Source of the DNA: Hyphomicrobium sp. | GTDB lineage: Bacteria; Pseudomonadota; Alphaproteobacteria; Rhizobiales; Hyphomicrobiaceae | NCBI RefSeq assembly: GCF_036833075.1 | Contig: NZ_DAITQL010000013.1 | Span: forward strand, 4,883-68,882 | Direction: 5' to 3' | DNA length: 64,000 nt | Shown: positions 28,883 to 39,206 of the stretch, one piece after another | How the letters are laid out: each line of letters opens with the position of its first letter | Position numbering within the stretch: the first letter of the stretch is position 1 | Position numbers and translations under genes: made by a program | The notes under the pieces: model-generated | What the model was told of the DNA's origin: nothing | Seen by the model: only the letters and a program-made list of their open reading frames with translations | Databases searched by the model: none

Positions 28883-30220
28883 ATGAACAAGATCAGGATT
28901 GCGTTCGTTGGCTTCATCGCCATCCTCACCGTTCTGTGGCTTCTCGCCGATACGTTTTTCCCCGAGCCGCTCACGTATTTCTCCTTCCGCATCGTGCTGC
29001 TCCAGTACACGGGGCTCGTCGCCATCGGCGCCATGAGCCTCGCCACGCTGCTCGCGATCCGCCCGCGTCGGATCGAGCCCTATCTCGGCGGGCTCGACAA
29101 AATGTACCGGCTGCACAAGTGGCTCGGCATCACCGCGCTCGTCTTCGGTATCGTCCACTGGTGGTGGGCCAAGGGCACCGGATGGATGGTCGGATGGGGC
29201 TGGCTGACGCGGCCCGATCGTAGGCCCGGAGGCGGGCAGGCCCTCGGTCCGATCGAGGGCTGGCTGAGAAGCCAGCGCGGCTTGGCCGAGTTCGCCGGCG
29301 AATGGGCGTTCTACGCCGCCGTGGTGCTGATCGGTCTCGCGCTCTGGAAGCGGTTTCCCTACCATCTGTTTGCCAAGACGCACAGGTGGATCGCGGTCGC
29401 CTACCTGATGCTCGTCTATCACGCCGTGATCCTCATCAGGTTCAGATATTGGGCGCAGCCCATTGGCTGGGTCATCGGCGCGTTGCTGCTCGTCGGAACA
29501 CTGGCCGCCCTGATCGCGCTCTCGCGCCGGATCGGCGCCGGCCGCACGGCCTCGGGCGTGATCGAGGGGACGTTTCATTATCCGGAGCTGCGCGTGCTCG
29601 AGACCACCATCCGGATCACGGACGATAAGTGGAAAGGCCATCACGCCGGTCAATTCGCCTTCGTGACCTCATGCCGGAAGGAGGGGGCGCACCCTTACAC
29701 CATCGCATCCGCCTGGGATCCCGAGGAGCACCGCATTGTCTTTGTCACCAAGGAGCTCGGAGACCACACCGGCCGGCTTCCCGACACGTTGCGCGCCGGC
29801 ATGCCGGTCACCCTCGAAGGACCTTACGGTTGCTTCGACTTCCGCGATGAGCGACCGCGCCAGATCTGGATCGGCGCCGGGATCGGCATCACCCCCTTCA
29901 TCGCCCGCATGAAGCAACTGGCCCGCTCGCCGGCCGCGCAGGAGATCGTCCTCTTTCACCCGACCACCGATTTCGACCAGGCCGCGATCGACAAGCTCAC
30001 GGCCAACGCCGAGGCCGCCAACGTGCGCCTCAATGTCCTCGTCGATGCGAAGGACGGATTGCTCAACGGGGATCGCATCCGGGCCGCCGTTCCGCATTGG
30101 AAAGAGGCGAGCATCTGGTTCTGCGGTCCGTCCCAGTTCGGACAGGCCCTGCGCAAGGACTTCGCCGCCCATGGCTTCGCCGCGGCCGATTTCCATCAGG
30201 AGCTGTTCGCGATGCGCTGA
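28883..30220 (+). CDS. Ferric reductase-like transmembrane domain fused to FAD/NAD(P)-binding FNR domain
   Basis: YRLHKWLG and THRW heme-ligand His; HPYTIAS, EGPYG, GAGIGITPF, FCGP. Confidence 0.88.
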   Translation: MNKIRIAFVGFIAILTVLWLLADTFFPEPLTYFSFRIVLLQYTGLVAIGAMSLATLLAIRPRRIEPYLGGLDKMYRLHKWLGITALVFGIVHWWWAKGTGWMVGWGWLTRPDRRPGGGQALGPIEGWLRSQRGLAEFAGEWAFYAAVVLIGLALWKRFPYHLFAKTHRWIAVAYLMLVYHAVILIRFRYWAQPIGWVIGALLLVGTLAALIALSRRIGAGRTASGVIEGTFHYPELRVLETTIRITDDKWKGHHAGQFAFVTSCRKEGAHPYTIASAWDPEEHRIVFVTKELGDHTGRLPDTLRAGMPVTLEGPYGCFDFRDERPRQIWIGAGIGITPFIARMKQLARSPAAQEIVLFHPTTDFDQAAIDKLTANAEAANVRLNVLVDAKDGLLNGDRIRAAVPHWKEASIWFCGPSQFGQALRKDFAAHGFAAADFHQELFAMR

Positions 30221-30357
30221 GGCAGCGCTCGCCAAGCGCCATCGCAGATCGTGTGCGTCGCGCGTCGTCGGCGTCCGGCGTGACTTTGGATGCCAGCGGT
30301 GCTATCCGATGCCGGCACGCGCAGCCTGCCACATCGGGCTGCCGGCGAGGATCAGCC

Positions 30358-30408
30358 ATGAGCGACGACAGTCGACCTTTGAGCATGCGGGAACCGATCC
30401 GGGCCTAG
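30358..30408 (+). CDS. Candidate 16-aa leader peptide MSDDSRPLSMREPIRA
   Basis: GAGGA 6 nt before the ATG; stop lies inside a CCGGG...CCCGG hairpin; upstream of the ABC operon. Confidence 0.35.
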   Translation: MSDDSRPLSMREPIRA

Positions 30409-30555
30409 GCTGAGACCCGGCCCGGCGCTTCCTGCCGCAACCAGGGAGTGACCGGACGTGATCCTGTATGTCATCGCTTCACCACGCGGCGCTCTGCAAG
30501 GCGTCTCTCAAATTATCCGATCGCTCTTGGCACCGCAGTCGGTGGAGCCCTGCGC

Positions 30556-32292
30556 ATGAGGGCGTCGCTCCAGTCCGGCCGCATGGCCTCTCGTCTGGCG
30601 GCATTGACGCTTTGGGATCTGGTCGCCGTCCTTCTCAGTCTCGGCGCCCTCGTTCTGCTCGCAGAGGCGAGCCGCGCCGTCATGCAGCCCCTGCCCGAGC
30701 CCGGCATGGGCGCCATCCGCCTCGATCCGTCCGCCTTGCCGGAATACGCCATGCGCACGTCTCTGCGCATGCTGGCGGCGATGGTGCTGTCGCTCGTCTT
30801 CACCTTCACCTATGCGACCTGGGCCGCCAAAAGCCGGCGCGCGGAGCGGGTGCTGATCCCGCTGCTCGACATTCTCCAGTCGGTGCCGATCCTCGGCTTC
30901 ATCTCGGTGACCGTGGTGTTTTTCATGTCCCTCGCGCCCGGAAAAGTGCTCGGCGCCGAGCTGGCCGCCGTCTTCGCCATCTTCACCAGCCAGGCCTGGA
31001 ACATGACGTTCAGCTTCTATCAGTCGCTGCGGACGGTGCCGAAGGAACTCGCCGAGGCGTCGCGCTCGTTCCGGCTCAGTCCCTGGATGCGGTTCTGGAA
31101 GCTCGAGGCGCCGTTCGCCATGCCGGCGCTGGTCTGGAACATGATGATGTCGATGTCGGGCGGTTGGTTCTTCGTCGTCGCATCCGAGGCCATCAGCGTC
31201 GGCGACACGACTGTCGCGCTGCCGGGCATCGGCTCCTACATCGCGCTCGCCATCCAGCAACGAGACCTTGGAGCCATCGGCTGGGCCATCGCCGCCATGC
31301 TGGTCGTCATCCTCGTTTACGACCAACTCCTGTTCCGGCCGCTCGTCGCTTGGGCCGACCGCTTCCGCTTCGCGCAGGAGGCCGGTGCGGAGCCGCCGCC
31401 CCGCTCCTGGGTTCTGACCATGCTCCGCCGGTCGCGTCTCGTGTCGCGTGCGGTTCAGCCGGTCGCAACGGCATGGCGATGGACCTATCGCGTGCCGGCC
31501 CGGCCGGCCAAGGCATCGCCGGATCCGGACGCGGCGGGCGCGCGGCAGACGTGGCTCGATCACCTCTGGTGGGCCGCGATCGCGGCCGCCTGCCTCGGCG
31601 CGGGGTGGAAGATCGCGACCTTTGTGCTGGCCGGCGTCGCGCCGGGCGAAGTGGGCACCGCCGTGCTGCTCGGCTTCGCCACCATGGCACGCGTCTTCGT
31701 GCTGATCGCGCTTGCGAGCCTCATCTGGGTGCCGGCCGGGGTCTGGCTCGGGCTCCGCCCCGGGGCCGCCCGCTTCGCCCAGCCGATCGCCCAGTTCCTG
31801 GCCGCCTTCCCTGCGAACCTTCTGTTTCCGCTCGCCGTCTCGGCGATCGTGGCGCTGCGGCTCGATCCGGATATCTGGCTGAGCCCGCTCATGATCCTCG
31901 GCACCCAATGGTATATCCTGTTCAACGTCATCGCCGGGGCCTCGGCGATCCCGAGCGAGCTGCGCGACATCGGCAGCAATCTCCATGTCCGTGGCTGGCT
32001 GTGGTGGCGGCGGATCGCACTGCCGGCGGTGTTTCCTTTCTACATGACCGGCGCGATCACGGCCTCGGGCGGATCGTGGAACGCCAGCATCGTCGCCGAG
32101 ATGGCGAGCTGGGGTGATACGACGCTCAAGGCCCATGGCCTCGGTGCGTACATCGCCGCGGCGACGGAAGCGGGCGACTTTCATCGCATCGTGCTCGGCA
32201 TCGCCGTGATGAGTGCGTTCGTCGTGATCATCAACCGCACCTTCTGGCGACCGCTCTACGCGCTCGCCGAGCGCAAGTTCCGCCTCGATTGA
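30556..32292 (+). CDS. NitT/TauT-family ABC permease with two BPD_transp domains
   Basis: LDILQSVPILGF, FTSQAWN, WNMMMSMSGGWFF, GGSWNASIVAE. Confidence 0.9.
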   Translation: MRASLQSGRMASRLAALTLWDLVAVLLSLGALVLLAEASRAVMQPLPEPGMGAIRLDPSALPEYAMRTSLRMLAAMVLSLVFTFTYATWAAKSRRAERVLIPLLDILQSVPILGFISVTVVFFMSLAPGKVLGAELAAVFAIFTSQAWNMTFSFYQSLRTVPKELAEASRSFRLSPWMRFWKLEAPFAMPALVWNMMMSMSGGWFFVVASEAISVGDTTVALPGIGSYIALAIQQRDLGAIGWAIAAMLVVILVYDQLLFRPLVAWADRFRFAQEAGAEPPPRSWVLTMLRRSRLVSRAVQPVATAWRWTYRVPARPAKASPDPDAAGARQTWLDHLWWAAIAAACLGAGWKIATFVLAGVAPGEVGTAVLLGFATMARVFVLIALASLIWVPAGVWLGLRPGAARFAQPIAQFLAAFPANLLFPLAVSAIVALRLDPDIWLSPLMILGTQWYILFNVIAGASAIPSELRDIGSNLHVRGWLWWRRIALPAVFPFYMTGAITASGGSWNASIVAEMASWGDTTLKAHGLGAYIAAATEAGDFHRIVLGIAVMSAFVVIINRTFWRPLYALAERKFRLD

Positions 32293-32304
32293 AGGAAGAG
32301 CACC

Positions 32305-33606
32305 ATGGACACCGCCTCGCTGTTGGACATTCATGGCATCCGCAAGTCGTTCCGCAAGCCGGACGGCGGCGAGCTGCTCGTGCTCGACGGCATAGACCTC
32401 GTACTGCGGGAAGGCGAGATCGTCGGCCTGCTCGGACGCTCGGGCTCCGGCAAATCGACACTGCTGAGACTCATCGCCGGCCTCTCCGCGCCGGCGGCGG
32501 GATCGATCAGCTACCTCGGTGAGGCCGTGACCGCGCCGCCGCCCGGCATCGCCATGGTGTTCCAGAGCTTCGCACTGTTTCCCTGGCTCACCGTGCTCGA
32601 GAACGTCGAGCTCGGCCTCGAGGCGCTCGGCCTCGAGCCCGGCGAGATCCGCCGCCGCGCGATCGAGGCCATCGACCTGATCGGGCTCGATGGCTTCGAG
32701 TCCGCCTATCCGCGCGAGCTATCGGGCGGCATGCGCCAGCGCGTGGGCTTTGCGCGCGCGCTCGTGGTCCACCCCAACATTCTTCTCATGGACGAGCCGT
32801 TCTCGGCGCTCGACGTACTGACGGCCGAGACGCTGCGCACCGACTTCCTCGACCTGTGGTCGGAGGGCCAGTTGCCGATCAAGGGCGTGATCCTGGTCAC
32901 CCACAACATCGAGGAAGCGGTGCTCATGTGCGACCGTATCCTCGTCTTCGGCAGCAACCCGGGCCGGATCCTTAAGGAGATCACGGTCGAGCTGCCGCAC
33001 CCGCGCGCCCGTCTCGATCCCGGCTTCCGCGACCTCGTCGAGCGCATCTACGTGGAGATGACGATCCGCTCTGCGGCCGAGCATGCCGGCAAGCGGGTCG
33101 AGCGGTTCCCCGGCGCGGGCATCGGCACGATCCTCCCCCCGGTCTCATCGAACCTTCTCGCGGGCCTCCTCGAAGCCGTTGCCGGGCCGCCCTATGACGG
33201 CGAGGCCGACCTGCCGGTCATCGCCGCATCCCTGCACATGGAGATCGACGACCTGTTTCCGGTGGCCGAAACGCTGCAGATGCTGCGGTTCGCCGAGGTG
33301 ATGGGCGGCGACATCCGCCTGACGTCCGAGGGGCGCCAGTTCGCAGGCGTCGACACCGACCACCGCAAGCGCCTCTTTGCACAGCACCTCGTAACCTACG
33401 TTGCGCTCGCAGCCCACATCCGGCGCGTGCTCGACGAACGGCCGAGCCATCGCGCGCCCTGGAGCCGGTTTGCGGACGAGCTCGAGGACTACATGTCGCC
33501 GGACGCCGCGGAACAGACGTTGCGCGCCGTCATCGACCTCGGCCGCTACGCCGAAGTCTTTGCCTACGATGACCACACGCATGCGTTCAGCCTGGACAAT
33601 CCTTGA
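32305..33606 (+). CDS. NitT/TauT-family ABC ATPase with C-terminal AAA-associated domain
   Basis: [25 protein letters not shown]. Confidence 0.93.
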   Translation: MDTASLLDIHGIRKSFRKPDGGELLVLDGIDLVLREGEIVGLLGRSGSGKSTLLRLIAGLSAPAAGSISYLGEAVTAPPPGIAMVFQSFALFPWLTVLENVELGLEALGLEPGEIRRRAIEAIDLIGLDGFESAYPRELSGGMRQRVGFARALVVHPNILLMDEPFSALDVLTAETLRTDFLDLWSEGQLPIKGVILVTHNIEEAVLMCDRILVFGSNPGRILKEITVELPHPRARLDPGFRDLVERIYVEMTIRSAAEHAGKRVERFPGAGIGTILPPVSSNLLAGLLEAVAGPPYDGEADLPVIAASLHMEIDDLFPVAETLQMLRFAEVMGGDIRLTSEGRQFAGVDTDHRKRLFAQHLVTYVALAAHIRRVLDERPSHRAPWSRFADELEDYMSPDAAEQTLRAVIDLGRYAEVFAYDDHTHAFSLDNP

Positions 33607-33621
33607 GGAAAGAGGCCCGGT

Positions 33622-34509
33622 ATGGAGACCGTGAAGACGATCGTAGCGGCTCTGGACCTCGAGGCCGGCAGCGACGCCGTGTTGGCGCGGGCCGTTCAGT
33701 TGGCGACGGAGCACGGTGCCCGGCTCGTCGTGGTTCACGTCGTCGAAGCGTCGTCGCTGGCGCTGGCGCCGTCCCCGCCGGAGCGGCACGAGACCGACCT
33801 CGAGGCGCGCCTCACCCATCAGGCCCAAGCGGCGATCTCGGCTCTGCTGGCCGAAGGCGGATCGGTGTCCGCCGATGTGGAGGTCGGCTTCGGCGCGCCG
33901 CATGCCGTCATCACGGACGTCGCCGGCACGCGGGGCGCGGATCTCGTCGTGATCGGGCCCGGCCAATACCATTCGCTCGGCGAGAAAGTCCTGGGCTCCA
34001 CGGCCGACAGGGTGGTCAGAACGTCGCCCGTGCCGGTTCTCGTGGTGCGGGATCGCTCGGCCGCCCGTTATCGGCGGGTGGCAACCGCCGTCGATTTCTC
34101 ACCGCAGTCCGCCGCGGCCGCCAAAAGCGCTCTGCTGCTCGTTCCCGCGGCGCGGTTTGAGCTCGTGCATGCCTTTTCCATTCCGCTCACCTTCGAGCAG
34201 GCCATGCTGCGCGCAGGCACCTCGGAGACCGACATGCAAGCCTATCGCTCGGCCAAGAGGGCGAGCGCCCACAAAAGACTTTCCCGGTTCGTGCGCGAGG
34301 TCTTCGGCACCGAGACGGTCGGCACGCATATTCTTGACGGCGAACCGGCTCCGTCCCTGCTCCGCCTCGCCAGGAGCGGCGACATCGATCTCCTGGCGTT
34401 AGGCCCGAACGGCCGCGGCGTCATTCTTCGGACGCTTCTCGGCAGTGTCACGCAGCGCGTGCTGAGGGAGGCGGCCTGTGACGTCCTCGTCGCATCTGTC
34501 CCGGACTGA
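33622..34509 (+). CDS. Tandem-domain universal stress protein
   Basis: Two Usp domains ending LGSTADRVVR and LGSVTQRVLR. Confidence 0.9.
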   Translation: METVKTIVAALDLEAGSDAVLARAVQLATEHGARLVVVHVVEASSLALAPSPPERHETDLEARLTHQAQAAISALLAEGGSVSADVEVGFGAPHAVITDVAGTRGADLVVIGPGQYHSLGEKVLGSTADRVVRTSPVPVLVVRDRSAARYRRVATAVDFSPQSAAAAKSALLLVPAARFELVHAFSIPLTFEQAMLRAGTSETDMQAYRSAKRASAHKRLSRFVREVFGTETVGTHILDGEPAPSLLRLARSGDIDLLALGPNGRGVILRTLLGSVTQRVLREAACDVLVASVPD

Positions 34510-34578
34510 TCGTGGCAGCCGGCCGTTGCGCCGCAGCCACGATCGATCCTGCTCCCAGAACGCATCGGCTTACGCCGA

Positions 34579-35325
34579 TCAACCGATCGTATAGCCGCCG
34601 TCCACCACGATCTCCTGGCCATAAATGTTCTTCGCGCCGGGAGACGCGAGGAACAGAGCGGTCTCGGCAATGTCGTTCGGCTCCCCGAAACCGCCCGTCA
34701 TGAGACGTTTGTTCAACGTCTCCGCGACGCTCGCGAGCACGTCTTCGGGAAGCCCGGCTTTGCCCCAGAGCGGCGTGGCGATCGGGCCCGGCGCGAGAGA
34801 GTTGACGCGGATGCCGCGAGGGGCCAGCTCGGCCGCGAGCGTCTGCGCGAACGACTTCAATGCCGCCTTGCTCGAATTGTAGATGGCGAGCCCCGGAAAG
34901 CCGACGGTCGTCAGGAACGTGGTGATGAAGATCACACTGCCGCCGGACTTGATGTGGGGCAGGAGCTTGCGCACCGTCTCCGTCGCGGCGACGAAGTTGA
35001 GATTGAACTGCTCGGCGATGGCGGCGGGGTCGCTCTCCGCAAACGGCACGACCTTTGCGGCGCCGGCATTCGGAATGACGACGTCCACCGTCCCATAGGT
35101 GCTGACGGCATCGGCCACCAGGCGGTCGAGATCCGCTGCCTTCGTCACGTCCCCCGTGACGACCAGGACATCCTCCGGCGCGCGCTGCTTGATCTCCAGC
35201 AATTCCGGCTCCGAGCGGGCCATGACAACGAGCCGGTATCCGTCGGAAAGAAACTTGTCTGCAATCGCGCGGCCGATTCCGCTGCTGGCTCCCGTGACGA
35301 CGGCAACCTTACGCTCTGTGGTCAT
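34579..35325 (-). CDS. Short-chain dehydrogenase/reductase
   Basis: TGASSGIG, NAG, YNSSK, VDGG. Confidence 0.93.
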   Translation of the reverse strand: MTTERKVAVVTGASSGIGRAIADKFLSDGYRLVVMARSEPELLEIKQRAPEDVLVVTGDVTKAADLDRLVADAVSTYGTVDVVIPNAGAAKVVPFAESDPAAIAEQFNLNFVAATETVRKLLPHIKSGGSVIFITTFLTTVGFPGLAIYNSSKAALKSFAQTLAAELAPRGIRVNSLAPGPIATPLWGKAGLPEDVLASVAETLNKRLMTGGFGEPNDIAETALFLASPGAKNIYGQEIVVDGGYTIG

Positions 35326-35436
35326 GTCTGCTCCCATCGAGACCTGTCCCGGGTGCCTGACGCGCGGCACGAGCGTCCGGCGACAGGCGACGGATCCACC
35401 TTAGAGGGAGGCGCCGCCGGCGAGGCTTGACCGAAA

Positions 35437-36267
35437 TCAAACACGTGCCTTGAACCGATCGTCCATCGCCTCTGTCGGCAGAACGACTGGGGCGTCATCG
35501 ATATACGCGACGGCGATAGGGCATTCGTACGCGCGCTCGAGGATCGTGCTCGTCATGGTTTCGCGAGGCGTTCCGACGGCGACGACATGAGCGCGGCTCA
35601 TGATGATGACGCGGTCGGCGAAAGCCGCCGCAAGGTTGAGGTCGTGCATGATGGCGAGCACGCCGACCCCCGTCTCGGCTTCCCGCCGGACGGCGTTGAG
35701 CACGAGCCGCTGGTGGCCGATGTCCAGGCTCGAGGTGGGCTCATCGAGCAGAAGCAGCCGTCCGCCCGCGCACGCCTCGCGCGCGACCGCCAGCTGACAC
35801 AGCGCCCGCGCGATGTGCACGCGCTGGCGCTCGCCGCCCGAAAGCTCGGTAAAAAGCCGCCCGGAAAAAGCCGTCAACCCCACCCGGGCGATCACATCGG
35901 CCACGGTGGCCTCGATGCGAGGCGAGCCGCGGGTCAGCCCGGGCACGGACACCCCCAGCCGCACGACCTCTTGCACGGTGAACGGAAAGTTGAGGTTGCT
36001 CGCCTGGGCGACCACGGCACGCAGGCGTGCAAGATCAGGGGCCCTGAGCGTGCTCATGTCGCGGTCGGCCAGAACGATCCTGCCTGCCGCGGGCGTGAGC
36101 TCGCCTGCGAGCAGGCGAAGCAGCGTTGATTTTCCCGCGCCGTTGGGTCCCAGCACGGCGACGATCTCGCCGCTCGAGATGGTGAGGCTCGCGTTCGCAA
36201 CGAGAGCCCGGCCGCGGATCTCGTAGCCGACGCCGTCGGCAATGAGGCAGCACGCGCGCTCAGACAT
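35437..36267 (-). CDS. hmuV: Heme ABC transporter ATPase
   Basis: GPNGAGKST, LSGGERQRVHIARALCQL, DEPTSSLD; operon context. Confidence 0.9.
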   Translation of the reverse strand: MSERACCLIADGVGYEIRGRALVANASLTISSGEIVAVLGPNGAGKSTLLRLLAGELTPAAGRIVLADRDMSTLRAPDLARLRAVVAQASNLNFPFTVQEVVRLGVSVPGLTRGSPRIEATVADVIARVGLTAFSGRLFTELSGGERQRVHIARALCQLAVAREACAGGRLLLLDEPTSSLDIGHQRLVLNAVRREAETGVGVLAIMHDLNLAAAFADRVIIMSRAHVVAVGTPRETMTSTILERAYECPIAVAYIDDAPVVLPTEAMDDRFKARV

Positions 36268-37357
36268 AGGCCCCCCGCCGCAGTACGAGGTGGAGGAAGA
36301 CCGGTGCGCCGATCAAGGCCACGATGATTCCGAGAGGCAGCTCGGCCGGGGCGATGATGATGCGCGCGATGACGTCTGCCGCGAGCACGAGACCGGCGCC
36401 GAGCATGGCGCTCGCCGGCAGCACGACGCCGTTGTCCGGCCCCGCGAGAAGGCGCACGATATGCGGGATGATGATGCCGACGAAACCGATGATGCCGGCG
36501 GCGGCAACGGCAGCGGCAACCGAGGCCGCGGTCGCCAGGATGATTCCGCGCTTGGCGCGCTCGACGTCGATGCCGAGATGGAACGCCTCGGCCTCGCCGA
36601 GAAGGAGGCCGTTCAGCGCGCGCACGAGACGCGGCAGCAACGCCATATTGATCAGCACGAATGGCGCGACGCCGATCACCTTGGTCCAGCTTGCGCCCGC
36701 GAGGCTTCCGAGCGTCCAGAGCGTGATATCGCGCAACTCCCGATCGTCGCTCACGTAGGCGATGAGGCCCATCAGCGCCTGGGCTAGCGCGCCGATCACG
36801 AGACCGGCAAGGAGGAGCGCGGCGATGGATACGGAGCGCCGGCCTCCGGCCAGCAGCACGAGCGCGCCGGTAATGGCGAGCCCGCCCGCGAAGGCCGCGA
36901 CAGGAAGGGCGTGCGGCCCGAGCGGCCCCACGATGGGCGCCGCAATGCCGTGCCCGAGCACGATCACCGACACGGCGGCGAGAGCCGCTCCCGACGAAAC
37001 GCCGACGAGGCCGGGATCGGCAAGCGGGTTGCGAAAGAGCCCTTGCATCATCGCTCCGGCGACCGCGAGCGAAGCGCCCACCATGGCGGCAAGCACCGTG
37101 CGCGGAAGACGGATCTCGACCAGGACCAGTGCCGCGCGCGTGCTCACGGCATCGGTGCTTCCGAAGAGCCCGGCGACGGCGTCCGGTACGGATTCGAGCG
37201 ACAGGCCTGTCGCCCCGACGGAGAGCGACAGGACGGCGGCAAGGACCAGCATCGCGCCCGCCAGCATCAGCACGAAAAGGCGCTGGCGCAAGCGGTCCGG
37301 TCCTTGGAATATCCTCTCGGACGGATCGGCGATTGAAGCCGACGAGCTGGACATCAT
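36260..37357 (-). CDS. hmuU: Heme ABC transporter permease (FecCD)
   Basis: IRLPR, FRNPLADP, GEAEAFHLG, PAELPLG. Confidence 0.9.
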   Translation of the reverse strand: MMSSSSASIADPSERIFQGPDRLRQRLFVLMLAGAMLVLAAVLSLSVGATGLSLESVPDAVAGLFGSTDAVSTRAALVLVEIRLPRTVLAAMVGASLAVAGAMMQGLFRNPLADPGLVGVSSGAALAAVSVIVLGHGIAAPIVGPLGPHALPVAAFAGGLAITGALVLLAGGRRSVSIAALLLAGLVIGALAQALMGLIAYVSDDRELRDITLWTLGSLAGASWTKVIGVAPFVLINMALLPRLVRALNGLLLGEAEAFHLGIDVERAKRGIILATAASVAAAVAAAGIIGFVGIIIPHIVRLLAGPDNGVVLPASAMLGAGLVLAADVIARIIIAPAELPLGIIVALIGAPVFLHLVLRRGAYV

Positions 37358-38283
37358 TTTCCTGCCGTCTCTCGGGACGCGGGGCCGAGCTCGGGATAGA
37401 ACCGGTGCATGAGGTCGAGCGCCGCCGAGGCCGCCCGCGGGCCGAACTGCAGCATGTAGCTGCCATCGACCTCGATGATGCGGCCGGACTTGGCGGCGGG
37501 CGTGCTGGCAAGGCCCCGCATGGAGCCGATGGCCTGCGCGAAGTTGTCGGCACCGACACCGCCGTTGCGCGTCATGACGACGATGACGTCCGGCGCGGCC
37601 GTGATCGCGGCTTCGTCGCTCAAGGGCTTGTATCCGTCGAAGCCCGTCACGGCGTTGACGGCGCCAGCCAGCGAGAACATGTCCCCGGCCGCCGTATGCG
37701 CCCCGCCGACGACGGTCCGCCCTTCCTGTTGCGCAAGAACGAAAAGGGCGCGCACGGGTTTCGTGACCTTGGCCTTCTGCGCGGCCGCTTCTGCAAACTC
37801 CGCTTCGATGCGGCTCGCGAGCTTTTCCCCCTCGCCGGCGACGCCGAGCGCCGTGGCGATGGCCTTGATCTTGTGCACGACGCCCTCCGGAGTGCCTTCG
37901 CCTTTGACCGCGACGAAGGGAACAGTGGAGCCTTTGAGCGCCGCCACGACCTCCGGCGGCCCGGCTTCGGCCGACGCAACGATGAGCGTCGGAGCCACCG
38001 AAAGCACGCCCTCGGTCGACAGAGCGCGCATATAGCCGACGCTCTTCTTCTCCTTGACCGCATCGGGCGGATATTGGCTCGTCGTGTCGACGGCGACGAC
38101 GCGATCACCGAGACCGAGCGCAAAAATGATCTCGGTGACATCGCCTCCGACCGACACGATGCGTTGCAGCTGATCTTCAGAAAATGCGTCGGCCATCGCA
38201 GATTGCCGGCCCGCGGGAATGATCGCCGCGGCAAGTCCCGCCACCCAGAGAAGGCGGCTAATACACTTCAGCAGAGAAAGCAT
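37354..38283 (-). CDS. hmuT: Heme ABC periplasmic binding protein
   Basis: RIVSVGGDVTEI, VDTTS, VGYMRALSTEG (Tyr heme ligand), FGPR. Confidence 0.9.
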   Translation of the reverse strand: MLSLLKCISRLLWVAGLAAAIIPAGRQSAMADAFSEDQLQRIVSVGGDVTEIIFALGLGDRVVAVDTTSQYPPDAVKEKKSVGYMRALSTEGVLSVAPTLIVASAEAGPPEVVAALKGSTVPFVAVKGEGTPEGVVHKIKAIATALGVAGEGEKLASRIEAEFAEAAAQKAKVTKPVRALFVLAQQEGRTVVGGAHTAAGDMFSLAGAVNAVTGFDGYKPLSDEAAITAAPDVIVVMTRNGGVGADNFAQAIGSMRGLASTPAAKSGRIIEVDGSYMLQFGPRAASAALDLMHRFYPELGPASRETAGK

Positions 38284-38369
38284 GGAGCACCCGCTTGATG
38301 AGATTGAACCCGCCCGCGACACGATCAGGTGACGCGAGCTCGGGTCCGTCTCGATTGTGTCGATTATTT

Positions 38370-38391
38370 GTTGACGCGTAAAGTATTGAAT
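38370..38391. promoter_or_regulatory. Candidate iron-responsive operator GTTGACGCGTAAAGTATTGAAT
   Basis: AT-rich; 15/22 identical to 40236-40257 read on the minus strand. Confidence 0.4.
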
Positions 38392-38581
38392 AATACGGTC
38401 TCGCGTAAAGTGCGTCTCGCGGAACACACGCGGTCCCGAGGTCCTGCTCTCTGCAGAGCATCGCACCGACGCCGGGGGGCCGGTAGATGCGGGTTTTGCG
38501 AAGATCGTTCCGCAAGCGGACAGAGTGCGAGACGGACTGTTTCGGGGTCCAGTAATTTCTCCCGCACTGCCTGGGCTTCCG

Positions 38582-38631
38582 GGTGACAGCGCCGCTTGTT
38601 TGATCAAGATCAAGCAAGCGGCGCTGTCACC
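38582..38631. repeat. 24-bp-stem hairpin upstream of the heme monooxygenase
   Basis: GGTGACAGCGCCGCTTGTTTGATC-AA-GATCAAGCAAGCGGCGCTGTCACC, one wobble pair. Confidence 0.75.
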
Positions 38632-38683
38632 GAACTCCATCGCAGATCGTCCGAAGGCTGAGGCCTAGATCAAGAAAGAGAAG

Positions 38684-39028
38684 ATGATGTTCATCGCCAT
38701 GAATCGCTTCAAGGTCGTGAAAGGTGCGGAGGCCGACTTCGAGAAGGTCTGGAGCTCGCGCAAAACCCACCTCGACGAATTTTCCGGCTTCATCGAATTT
38801 CACCTGCTCAAGGGGCCGGAGCGCGAGGATCATGTTCTTTATGCCTCCCACACGATCTGGCGTTCCAAGGCCGACTTCGAAGCCTGGACCAAATCGGAGC
38901 AGTTCCGCAAAGTTCACGCCAGCGCGGGATCGGCCAAGCCGCTCTATCTCGGCCATCCCGAGTTCGAGGGGTTTAGCGTGCTTCAGACGGTGGCCCAAGA
39001 CGGAACCCGCAGCGTCGCCGCAGAATGA
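38684..39028 (+). CDS. IsdG/HmuQ-type heme-degrading monooxygenase (ABM fold)
   Basis: MFIAMNRF (Asn), FEAWTKSEQFRKVH (Trp, His). Confidence 0.88.
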   Translation: MMFIAMNRFKVVKGAEADFEKVWSSRKTHLDEFSGFIEFHLLKGPEREDHVLYASHTIWRSKADFEAWTKSEQFRKVHASAGSAKPLYLGHPEFEGFSVLQTVAQDGTRSVAAE

Positions 39029-39206
39029 ACCGTAAGCCGCAAGAGCCCCATGGCGCCCGGCCGTTCGCCCTGTCGGCTCTGCAATCCGATCGAACGCGCC
39101 TTAGGCGTCAACACGCCCCTCTTTCCGTATCCGTCTTGCCAGCCTAGAGGCGCTGCCTCTGGCCTGATCTTCCGAGGCGATCGCGCCTCGTTCCACCGGA
39201 GGCACC

